This document shows positions 50,005 through 61,888 of a stretch of 64,000 nt of DNA, one piece after another. The position numbers and the translations under genes were made by a program. The stretch lies in the NCBI RefSeq assembly GCF_004010195.1, contig NC_057719.1, positions 46,542,137 through 46,606,136 on the forward strand, in the 5' to 3' direction. The notes under the pieces are model-generated. The model had not been told where the DNA came from. It saw nothing but the letters and a program-made list of their open reading frames with translations, and did no database searches. Within the stretch, counting starts at the first letter, position 1. Each line of letters begins with the position of its first letter. The stretch comes from Chiloscyllium plagiosum. Lineage: Eukaryota.

Positions 50005-52881
50005 AATACACCCAATGACTTGGCCTCTACAGCCTTCAATGACACTGAGTTCCACAGATTCACCACCTTCTGAATGAAGAAATTCCTCCTCATCTCTGTT
50101 CTAAAGGGCTGTCACTTCACTGTGAGGCTATGGCCTTAGGTCCATGTCTCTCCTACGAGTGGAAACATTTTCTCCATGTCTACTCTATATAGTCTTCTCA
50201 ATATCCTGTTAGTTTCAATTAGATTCCCCCCTTATCCTTCCAACTCCATTGTGTACAGACCCAGAGTCCTCAACTGCTCCCCATAAGCCAAGCCCTTCAT
50301 CCCCAGGATAATTCTAGCAAACTTCCTCTGCAGTCCCTCCAAGGCCAATCCATCCTTCGTCAGTTATGGGGCCCAATACTATGGTCTGACTAGAGCTTTA
50401 CAGAGCCTCCGCAGTAGATCTCTGCTCTGGTATTCTAGATGTCTTGAAATGAATGCCTTCCTAACTGCCAAATGAACCTGCAAGTTAAAAGAATCCTGAA
50501 CCAGAACTCCCAAGCCTCTTCAGATTTCTGAAGTCTTTCCTTGTTTAGAAAATGGCCTTTTCTTCCTATCTCACTTCTGGGGGGTAAAATACAACTGATG
50601 AAACCATTCTTCTCAGGAGTTCGGCCATGAGTATCATTGGATTGTGCTAAGTCTAGAAATAATGGGTGAAAACTGGGAGGGTGGGAATATTGATTTTTCT
50701 CTCTCAGAATTCTTACATGATAATTTAAAATATATATATATATATTTCAACATTAGAGATATGAAACTACAAACAAAACAAATAGCTTTCAGCATAGATT
50801 ATATGGCTAATGCAACTCATTGTGGATACACTTTCATATTTGCTTGGCCCTCTCTTTTCATTATGCCGTTGCAACACTGCAACAAGTCAATGATTTACAA
50901 TTAAACATTTTCTCATTTCCTATTGTGTTTTTATAGAGACTGTTTTGCGTTGTCAGCTGGGACAGACATTATAATGTGCTTCCCACTTCAAAAATGGGTG
51001 GCTTGAATCCAGAATGATCATGATTTCAAGAGCTAACCATGAAAGTGTGTTAGCCCCCCTTTCCAATGTTACTGTTGAAATCAAGCATCTATCAGGCTGA
51101 CTAAAGAAACTGATTAGCTGCAACCTGCTGTACTAGTAGATATTTCAACTAACACAGAATGCTGTGGTTGATGCCAACTGTGCATAGATGTTCATGATAT
51201 ATACTGAAAAATGCATGGACTAGCAATTGTAAAGTTAGCTAAAGCATTAACTTTTGGTCTTTCTGAATAATTTGAAGGGGGCCATGGCAGCAACACAGTG
51301 CCATGGTTATAAAGACATGAACGAAGTAGAAAATATGTCAAAAGATTATAATCATTTGACTTGGAGTTCGGGTTTTGAAAATGTTTGGTTTAAGAATATT
51401 GTAAGACTGATTGAGAAGGGACACTCGAGTATTTTACAATTAGGAGATCTTGTGAAAGAATGAATTAGTGTATGGTAAGAAGGTTGTTTAAAATATTACA
51501 TTCAGAGAGCACTTTAACGATATTAGTTAATGAATATGGTGTCATGAAATAATTGCAGATTTTTGTGTAGGCCATGGTTGAACCAGTAAAAATTCAAATG
51601 CAACAACTCTTGCATTTCTAGATAATTACTTACAAAATAGTAGCAACTTTTATGATACCACATCTCTTTCCTGGCTGGCTAGACACAGAAAGACAATTTG
51701 GAAGAATGAAGGAAAAATCTGAACAATGGAAAAAGTTTGCAAAAAAGTCACAAAAAATAGTTATATATCTTAGAAATTACAAATTCTCTTTATATAATGA
51801 TTTGAACACAGTAACTTTCAGGGCATGCATTCCTTAGTGTTTTATTTTAGGATTGAGCCTTCTGATTGACTTATTTACTTTAGAGCAACTGGAATTGAAT
51901 TGATAACTTCAATAAACTTTATAACAATTCCTTAATGAGCATCCTTTCAAGCTTACCCTATTAAAAAGCGTTTCATTCTTAAGAGTCTGACTAATCCCAA
52001 GGGATCATGCAAATCCTCATTCTAAGTGGCCTGGGAAATACAAATTCTTTTCAAAAATCATATCAGCCATTGTAAATTATTCATTTTGAATATTTTCAGA
52101 CATCTGTCATATGCAGGTGCGAGAGGGATTTGTTCAGAGGATGCCTGGAATACTTCTATAAGTAAAGAGTGATTATTAACTGCTGGTGTGAGCCCTTTAT
52201 GCCACTACCAGCTATTAGTTGTTGGCTCAAGTCCAGGAACATCCACTTTGCAGTGGATTCTGCCACCAAGGGAAAGGTCATGAAGGGCTACTCTTTATTC
52301 CTGTTAGTACGTTCCAACATAATTAGCAGAAGTTGTTCTCCAGATGGTTTCCTTCCTGTCAGCAAGTACCTATGGTTTAATGATCTGTCTTGGATTCCTC
52401 ATTTCATTGGGTGAGGTTTAGAGCAAAATTATACACTTTGATCCACCCTAATTCTTTCCTAAGAATTCATGAGATTGTGAGAATTAATAGCTGATGTAGG
52501 AAGAGAAAGCGACTGCACAGCTCTCATTGCAAACAAGTTCTTTTGACATACAATAGTTCTTTATAAAAATAGTGTGCACACAGTATCCATTCATTAATCC
52601 TGGCTACAAATTCTTATCAAACCAATTCGAGAGTTTTAACACAATGAAGTTTTGGAAATGCTGTCTGTGCTTTCCAAGGGATCTCAAACTCACTCTTCTC
52701 CTTGTGCTCACTACTCCTCTTGGGTAAACTGGTAACCCTTCAAAGTCAAAATGTATTCAGCAAGCATCAAACGCAATCACATTTTGCACTTTTAAAATCT
52801 GCATTGAATATAAAGTTTTTATAGTCTGCTAATTATTTTGAAAAAACTATAAATGCCTTGATATAATTTGAATTTTTTTTT

Positions 52882-53663
52882 TGTTACGACCAGGAGTTTC
52901 ACCAAGTTGCTATATTTCCAGCTGGGTTACCCCAATTTGTCAAGCTGCTTCTTTATGTCCCTGCTTCCTTGGTTGGTTACAATAAGATTCATTTTTGGAA
53001 GGATCCCCTCTCTTGTCAATACCTTTCACCCGCATGAAATGAATTTATGTTTCAAAAGGGAACCAGTTTAACCAACTGAATTAATGAGAGATAGCGAGTT
53101 ACTAAACACAAGAAGAAATGTTAAAATGAAATATATTCACACAGCTTAGAATTAAGAATTAAGTCCAAAAGCAGATGAAAGTTAAAAGATATGCAGAACA
53201 GTCTCTATGGGCTATTCATGAAGAGTAGGTAGTGAAATGTTGAAAGTTGAACTTTGCAATTCTTGTCATTTGAAATCATTTTATTCTCTTTTCTTTTGAT
53301 GGTAGCTGGTGGGCAGCACCCAGAGTGAGAGTCCTTTACCTACAATGCAAGGCTGACTAGTGATCTGTTCTTTGACTGTGACCTACACAGCATACTAGCA
53401 CTCAAAGCCAGGTTGGTGTGTACAAATATCTCAGTCCACTGGCACACATGAGCAGCTGAGCTGATTAACACATTCATTCACTAGCACACTTCGCTAAAGG
53501 TTGAAAAGGCTCTTAACCACTTTTCTAATGCATTCTTGAAAGGGGAAGACAAAACATTTTTCATTTTCCATTCGACTGACTTGTTTTCCATCATGTTTGC
53601 AATCTGAGATAATATTTAAGTCTGTCACTTTGAAGCTTCCTTGGCAGCTCATCATGCGTAACA
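52882..53663. mobile_element. Candidate solo LTR
   Basis: Ends TGTTACG...CGTAACA (7-bp inverted termini); flanks tttt/ttct. Confidence 0.5.
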
Positions 53664-55525
53664 TTCTACACAGCCACTGAATTTATATCCACAATCATCT
53701 TTTGGCTGAATATCCTTTTTATTTGAAAAGAAAAAAATTCAATATGCTTGTAAGAACTTTGGGATTTCTCTGACGTCATGAGATTTTACTTTAAATACAT
53801 TCAAATGAGATGGAAATTTGTGGAATATGGCCAGCCAGTAACTCAACACCAATAGGATACGATTGAAAGAGAGAACAGAGAAGTTAGAGGAAAACTTTTT
53901 CACATAAAAGTTAATAAGGTATGGATACATCATTTCTAGCTATTTAAACCAAGATTATAACATAACTTGAAAAGAAAATGAAACTTGAAAGAAAAATGAA
54001 TAAACATTTTGAAATGAAAGAAAGGGTAGTGAAATAAGATTAATTTGGGTGGCACTAGTTGAAAACTTAGCATCTGCAACAGCTCAATTCTCCAAATGCC
54101 TTCCTTTTGTGCTGTAAAATCTATTTCCAAGGAGCTTCTATATCCTTCTTTAACATAGATATCTTCAGTTTCAAAATGCATCCTTTTGACTTTGAGTATA
54201 ATAATTTCATGATGGGCACTTAATTCCTGAAAAGTTGAGCTCAGAAGCCCAAAGCCTTAAGTGTGCTTGAGATTCTCAGTATATGCTTGTGCAGGTGATG
54301 AGCACAAAAAGAGGCAGGACCTGTGCACAAGCTGTGCACTTTGCTCATTAGACCCTTTACATCTATGTTCATTAACCAGCTGTCCTGTAACATAGCTGGA
54401 ATGTTTAAGCAGCACTGCAGCTGCACATTGCCAGTTTGGAATAGGTCCTGAAGGGAAGGCCAGCATTAAAATGAAAAGCTTAAAACTGAAACCTTTGCTG
54501 TTTGTCCCCATTGCCTCCTAGTACAAATGTGCACAATGCACACATGCCTATTATTATCCCTCAACACAGTCACCGGTGTCACATCATACACCTGAAATCT
54601 TCTAGTCTACAATCAAAAGCCAGGAGTCCTTTACTCAGTTGTTGCTGCTCAGTAACTATTCTCCTGCCATACTGTGATACATCCAGAATGTGCCAGTGGA
54701 TGACCTTGTCTGATTTGTTGCTTTGCTGTTTAATACCGAGCTCCAATACAAACAAAATTATTACCTGTAAATTTCTATGTTTTTTCAAGAATGCTGGACC
54801 ACAAACCAAAAACAGTGATCAGGATGTACTCTCATTTAATTTTGTTAGGTGTCGCACACTCTTTTGATTATTATACTCCCAAGAAGTGTGCTTTTGAAAC
54901 TTACTTTCCAGTTTCTTCCATCTTCCATCTGAAGGGTCCACATCTGAAGAAAACATGCCATTTAGTCCATTGAGCATGCATTTGTTGTGTCATTAGGCCT
55001 TTGGCTGTATTGTACCAATTTTATTGCTGTCCTTTCTTCTTATGTGTAATGTTCTTACATCCATGGGCCCATCTCCCTTTTTATAGCCAGGAATGATTGT
55101 GCATCCATGAACTTGTAGTATTTAACCATTGTATACTTTGTGTGAAACTGTTTGAATTTTTGATTCCATTTAAAATATTATAGTAATTGGTCTGCAATGC
55201 ACCCGTATTACAGTACTGACAGCCTGTAGTCCAGGAACCTATTTAAAGACATCCAACCTGATCGTAGATTGAACAATTTTTCAGGTATCCAGGGTGCCAC
55301 ATAGCAGTTATGGGTCCTTGCATATATTAATCCTAGGGTTAATGCCAGATTTCAGACCCCTCTGATTTTGGCAGCCCCAAGACTGCCCAAGCACTCTCCT
55401 CTATGTTTTATTAACACGAATCTATCCAAGCAAACAATTGCCATCAAAAAGGTTAGCGAAAACTTCTAAAAATAAATTTAGATGAGGAGCCAGGAAGAGC
55501 AGAATTTTTTCTTTCAACTCTGCAG

Positions 55526-55591
55526 CACTCCTGAATACAACCACCAGTTCAATCACGACCACTCCCTGCTCCTTTCCTGAGGCTGATCTAA
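55526..55591 (+). other. Candidate 66-nt symmetric (phase 1-1) exon
   Basis: ttttttctttcaactctgcAG acceptor, GTAAGA donor, single open frame LLNTTTSSITTTPCSFPEADL; no homology recognised. Confidence 0.2.
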
Positions 55592-56278
55592 GTAAGATGG
55601 CAAGGCTCAAAGTGATATCTGTAGAAAAACATATTGTCTATCAGACCATCGCTAGTTGATCACTCTGAATGTTAGATCTGGTCCAATTTCAATCAGCCTT
55701 AGACCTTGGGCATGTAAAGTTGCTTCCCTGCCTTCACTCCCAGAACCTGGTTCTAAGCAGAAAGGAGATACTCAGCAAGTTTGGCATCATGTGTGGAAAT
55801 TGAAAGAGAGCATGAAACCTATATGATTCTTCTTCAGAACTGAAGAGAGGTGGAGCATGATGGGTTTTATGTTGTTGAAAAGTAAAAGAGGAACAAATGG
55901 AACAAAAGGGAAGGTTGGGTAAATGTTAGAGGGTGAGGGAGACTTGAGATCAAAGATATCATAGAACTAAAGGCAAAGGGAGTGGTAATGGTTGTAGGAA
56001 AATGAAAAGCATTAGTCCAGAGTAGGTGTTAATGCCAGAATAAAGCTCAGCTCTGTAACTGAAATCCAAAATGTGAAAACATGGTGCAGACATGTTGGTG
56101 AAAAATAATGTCAAAATGGAGGACAATGTTCAGTGCCTGAAGCTGTTGAATGCAATGTTAAGTTAAGAAGGCTATAAAATGTCACCACCAACATGGTGCT
56201 ATTATCGAACACATCTTCTATTGCGCTCACTGTCTGCATTCTGAAGAGACAGTTTAGTTCTGGGTTACTCCTCTATCA

Positions 56279-56512
56279 GGAGAAAGTGAGGTCTGCAGAT
56301 GCTGGAGATCAGAGATGGAAATGTGTTGCTGGAAAAGCGCAGCAGGTCAGGCAGCATCTAGGGAACAGGAGAATCGACATTTCGGGCATTAGCCCTGAAG
56401 AAGGGCTAATGCCCTGATTCCTGAAGAAGGGCTAATGCCCGAAACGTCGATTCTCCTGTTCCCTAGATGCTGCCTGACCTGCTGCGCTTCTCCAGCAACA
56501 CATTTCCATCTC
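56279..56512. mobile_element. Palindromic PLE-derived element, family B, nested in an older PLE
   Basis: TSD ttactcctctatca at 56265-56278 and 56513-56526. Confidence 0.93.
56416..56453 (+). ncRNA. Minimal type I hammerhead ribozyme motif (family B, intact core)
   Basis: gattc-CTGAAGA-a-gggc-taat-gccc-GAA-ACGT-C-gattc; GUC cleavage triplet; stem I pairs at 4 of 5 positions. Confidence 0.8.
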
Positions 56513-58756
56513 TTACTCCTCTATCATCCCAGCACTTCATCCTTATCCATAGCAATGTTTGTTACAATTACTCAAGGTGTAACACATGTCCTTTTACATG
56601 TCCAAGGCCCCAAACACTCCATCTGGGTGAAGCAGAAAATTGCTTGTACATCTTTCAATCTAATTTACCATATTCATTGCTCACCATCTCTATGCTGGGG
56701 CGTCCAAACACAGACTGAGTGACTACTTTGTCAAACACCTCTGACCTTCCAGTCACTTGATGTTTCAGTGCGCAATTTTGCTTTCTGTATGAAGTCTGAT
56801 GCAGTGTTCCAGCACAGATCAAGGAATAAGGTCTCATTTTCCAATCTGGCATGTTAGATACCTTAATTGGTTCATTTTTAAGTCCCTTCACCTCCAAACA
56901 AATATAACTCCATTATATCCAATCTCTCATCAGAATTCTTCGCGAGAAAACTAATTTTTCCTCACTACCAGATCTATATTACATACTTAATTCATCTGTA
57001 TCCCAAATGCACAGAGATAATTTTCGTGATTATTAAACAGTTGATTCTTGTATAATTCTTGTGCAGAAATGTTTGACATTCTCAGTCACCCATGTGACCA
57101 CTTTAAAAAGTGCTAATGGACTATCTATTTCCTTTTGCACTATGGATGTTTGCACCTCGAATAGCAAAATGAAAATACTATACATAGATTTCTTACTGCC
57201 ATAGCAGTTAGGTATTAGATATGTTCAGACCTCGCTGCTGTGCAATAGTTAGTTCATTTGCACATTTTCTCATTTGTACGTAGCCTGCAATCTGGCTCTG
57301 CCCTGGTTTTATGACAGGAACTTGACACATAGCTGCAAATCTCACCCAATGAAACCTGATCTTCTTTGTAAATGTTTTTTATTGACTGTTGAGTTTACTA
57401 GCTTACCTTATTCTAATAAATTTCTACATACAGGATCTCCTATTTATTTTAATTTCCATTTCCCTTCCCATAGTCATTTGCCACCATTTCAATTATTCAT
57501 GTTTACATTTCAATGTTTAATTGCAATCAAAAAATGTGAATTAGCAATTTGCTATTCAGATGGAAATATGTTGCCTTATGTGAGTTTAATGCTCTCAGTA
57601 AAATAGTCTTTAAAAAGCTGCCAGCGAATCATGCTTGCTTCAGTCTCCGATGCCTTATGACCTGGTAGCCTCCTTTTCTCAATTCTGTGCCATTGCTGAT
57701 TAAACGGGGCACTAGGAGGTGCCACAGAGCTATGTGGGTTCTTTTTTTCCCCTCACTCTGGAGAAGTATCTCATACCTGTTTATATGAGCTGTCTCCCTA
57801 TGTTGCTGAACAGAGATGGGCATGTTCTTGCACCTCACTGCTCCTTATATACACCACAGCATAATCACAAGCTGCTTTTAAAACAGCTTCATCTCTTGTT
57901 TCTCACGTTAACCGGATGCACCCAACCCTTTAAAGGCTAAATGTTTACTTTGCAATACCTGAAGACAGAGCTCTATATCTTTTTCAGAACTCTTTTCGAC
58001 TTTCGCCACACAATGAAATGTTTGCCTTTCCCCAACAGAGGAATAAATGCCTTTGTAAGTGATAAATGTTTAGAAAGCAAAATTGGGATTTCAATATTTC
58101 AAAACATAATTATCACTAATAGTGTATTTAGACTAAATGTCATCAATTGTGGTTGTCCCAGCAGTTTTCACATAATTATTTTACCAATGCTGACATTACA
58201 TGGGGGGGTGAGGGGAGAGGTAGGGGTGATAACAATATTGCAATCAGGCCCAGAATCTTAACCACAATAGTATCACACTCAATATTCAGAGACAGGCACA
58301 CCCATAAACTGAGATCTGCACATGTCCTGACTTAACAGATTCAGAAATAACATAGAATATTAATAGTAGTCCAAGCAACTTGAGCCTATTATACTCTCTT
58401 GATTTAGTGTGGTTTAGATAGCTGGCTACACAGACCACATTGTGTTCTGTCTGTGAATTGTAACAGAATAGGATTCAGTGGCTCGACAATTATAGAGTCA
58501 TAGAGATGTACAGCATGGAAACAGACCCTTGGGTCCAACCCGTCCATACCGACCAGATATCCCAACCCAATCTAGTCCCACCTGCCAGCACCCGGCCCAT
58601 ATCCCTCCAAACCCTTCCTATTCATTAAATGTTGTAATTGCACCAGCCTCCAACACTCTCTCTAGCAACTCATTCCCTACACATACCACCCACTGCATGA
58701 AAACGTTGACCCTTAGATCCCTTTTAAATCTTTTGCCTCTTACCCTAAACCTATGC

Positions 58757-58845
58757 TCACATGGTGATGAAGGGCTTTTGCCCAAATGTTGATTTTCCTG
58801 CTTCGCGGATGCTACCTGACCAGCTGTGCTTTTCCAGCAAACAAC
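58757..58845 (+). mobile_element. PLE family B half element with decayed hammerhead
   Basis: gTGATGAagggcttttgcccAAATGTTgattttcctgc..cttttccagca. Confidence 0.8.
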
Positions 58846-60128
58846 ATAGAACCTTGAACTATACAGCACAGAAGAGGCCCTTCAGCCCTTGATGTTGCGC
58901 CTACCAGTGAACTAATCTAAGCCTATCCCCCTACACTATCCCATTATCATCCATGTGTTTAAATCCCCCTAATGTGGCTGAGTTAACTACATTGGCAGGT
59001 AGGGCATTCTATGCCCTTACCACTCTCTGAGTAAAGAACCTGCCTCTGACATCTGTCTTAAATCTATCACCCCTCAATTTGTAGTTATGCCCCCTTGTAC
59101 AAGCTGACGTCATCATCCTAGGAAAAAGACTTTCACTGTCTACCCTATCTAATCCTCTGATCATCTTGTATGTCTCTATCAAATCCCCTTCTAGCCTTCT
59201 TCTTTCCAATGAGAATAGATCCAGTCTTTCAGCCTTTCCTCTTAAGATCTTCCATCTAGACCAGGCAACATCCTGGTAAATCTCCTCTGCACCTTTTCCA
59301 ATGCTTCCACATCCTTCCTGTAATGGGCGACCAGAACTGTATACAATATTCCAAGTGCGGCCGCACTAGCGTTTTGTATAGTTGCAGCATGACATTACGG
59401 CTCTGGAACTCAATCCTTCTCCCAGTAAGGATTACCTTACTGTTTGCCTTCTTAACAACACTATCAACTTGGATGGTAACTTTCAGGGATCTATGTACAT
59501 GGACTCCAAGATCCCTCTGCACATCCACATTACCAAGAATCTTGCCATTGACCCAGTATTCTGCAGTTTATCCAAGTCCCCCTGCAACCCGCAACATTCT
59601 TCCACACTGTCCACTACTCCACCAACTTTAGGGTCATCTGCAAATTTACCAACCCATCCACCTATGCGTGTGTCCAAGTCATTTATAAAAATGACAAACA
59701 GCAGTGGTCCCAAAACAGATCCTTGAGGCACACCACTAGTAACCGGACTCCAGGCTGAATATTTTCCATCAACCACCACTCGCTGCCTTCTCACAGAAAG
59801 CCAGTTTCTAATCCAAACTGCTAAATCACCCTCAATCCCATGCCTCTGCATTTTCTCTAACAGCCTATCATGTGGAACCTTATCAAAAGCCTTACTGAAG
59901 TCCATGTACACCATGTCAACTGCCCTACCCTCATCCATATGCTTGGTCACCTTCTCAAAAAACTCAGTGGAGTTTGTGAGACATGACCTGCCCTTGACAA
60001 AACCATGTTGACTATCTGCAATCAAATTGTTGCTTGCCAGATTAGTGTAAATCCTTTATCTTATAATCCTTTCCAAAACTTTTCCTACAACAGAAGTAAG
60101 GCTCATTGGTCTATAATTACCTGGGTCA
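58846..60128 (-). mobile_element. CR1 RT-to-3' fragment inserted in the PLE piece
   Basis: ORF 59483..60025 with YMDFSKAFDKVPH, GVPQGSVLGP and KFADD; tail catagaac. Confidence 0.95.
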
Positions 60129-61767
60129 CTGTCGACTCTAAACCTATGCCCTCTATTCCCCCACCCCAGGGAAAACACCTTGTCTATAAACCCTATCCAT
60201 GTCCTTCATGATTTTATAAACCTCTATAAGGATACCTGTCAGCCTCAGACACTCCAGAGAAAACAGTCTCAACCTATTCAGCCTCTCCCTGTATCTCAAG
60301 TCCTCTAACCCTGGCTACATCCTTATAAATCTTTTCTGAACCCTTTCAAGTTTCACAATATCTGTCTGATAGGAAGGTGACCAGAATTGCATGCAATATT
60401 CCAACAGTGGCCTAACCAGCATCCTGTACAGCCGCAATATGACTTCCCAACTCCTGTACTCCATACTCTGACCAGTAAAGGAAAGCATACTAAACACCTT
60501 CTTCACTATCCTAGCTACCTGTGACTACTTTCAAGGAGCTATGAACCTGCACTCTAAGGTCTCTTTGCTCAGCAACACTCCCCAGGACTTTACCATTAAG
60601 TGTATACGTCCTGCTTTGATTTCCCAAAATGTAGCACCTCACATTTATCTGAATTAAACTCCATCTGCCACTCCTCGGCCCATTGGACCATCTGGTCAAG
60701 ATCCTGTTGTAATCTGTGGTAACCTTCTTCGCTGCCCACTACACCTCCACTTTTGGTGTCATCTGCAAACTTACTAACCATATCTCCTATGTTCACTTCC
60801 AAATTATTTACATAAGTGACGAAAAGCAGTGGATAAATTTGATCCTATCAGACATCAATCTTTCTGTTATGACTGTTCACTGAAGCACATCACAGCAGAA
60901 GTAAACTTATAAACTTATAAGTTTAAACTTCTGAATTGGATGAGGGGGGAGTGAAGTACTAATATTTTATTTTACAATTAATGCAATATTTAACAACATG
61001 AAGGACAATTAGGTTCATTGATGTCATCTCCTATAGGGGGTGCTGCTGTCAGATCCTTCGTCCTTAAGCAGACTATTTGACCACTAACATGGTGCAAGTA
61101 CATTAACATTATTGAGAAGTTCTTTTCCTCCGTCCCAATTTTCTGCCCTTGTCAGTCATGTCTGATCTTTATAATGACTTTTTCATTCCAGCATAGTTCG
61201 GAGCTTTATCCTCTGTAGCCCAAATTCCAGGCATGTTTAAGCAGAAAATCAGGGAAAAGGTCAAATAATTATTTTTCTTTAATTGGCTGACATTTTTACA
61301 AGGTACAGTACTAGAAAGCATTGGTTTACTTGTTGCAGACATTGCAAGCACAGCAACTCAACATTGATCCCCTGCACAACTTGTTTTGCATAGATATTTT
61401 GGGGGAGAGGAGTCAGAAATTTTATGTCCTATATTAAATCTAAAAATGATTTGATGAGATTTTATTTTCCTGCTTTGTTGTGCTCTGAGAAACATGCATT
61501 TTCCATTATTCTCTCTGTTGGATGTTTCCCCACATAAAATACAAGTTGTGATTTATTTCATGGCATTGCATACTTCTGAGTGTCATGAAGTTCACCTTAA
61601 ATGGTGCTTGGAAGCCACCCTCTTATGTTTACAGCAGTTTTCCTTGCAATTAACAATAGAAATTAGCAAAAGAAATTGCTGTTAGCAGACCATGACATAA
61701 ATTGCTTGGGAGGCTCTCATCCTCCTGTAAAAACTCACATGTGATTTATTTTAAGATAATGATTTAA

Positions 61768-61888
61768 GTGTGTGTGTGAGTGCACATGTATGTATGTGTG
61801 TGTATCGGTGTGTGTGTGAATGTGTATGTGTGTATCTGTGTGTGTGTATGTGTATGTGTGTATCTGTGTGTGTATGTGTGCGTGCGTA
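61768..61888. repeat. Imperfect (TG)n / (TGTGTA)n microsatellite
   Basis: Visible directly in the sequence. Confidence 0.95.

Larger units (their letters stand above)
47424..50570 (-). mobile_element. Older CR1 3' fragment hosting the 2.55 kb CR1
   Basis: tctctgtcttaaatacactca continues after the insert as atgacttggcctctacagcc; MRRNFFIQKVVNLWNS. Confidence 0.8.
55770..56880. mobile_element. Old Penelope-like element: inverted 3' part (-) plus GIY-YIG endonuclease relic (+)
   Basis: VQGPKHSIWVKQKIACTSFNLIYHIHCS...KHRLSDYFVKHL resembles PLE GIY-YIG (FTC.S.N.IYCI.C...YIGET...L..RF.EH). Confidence 0.8.
58492..60835 (-). mobile_element. Young CR1 (58492-58756 plus 60135-60835) split by a composite insertion
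   Basis: ac(c/t)ctaaacctatgc duplicated at 58742-58756 and 60135-60149; SKFADDTKSGG in the distal part. Confidence 0.88.
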
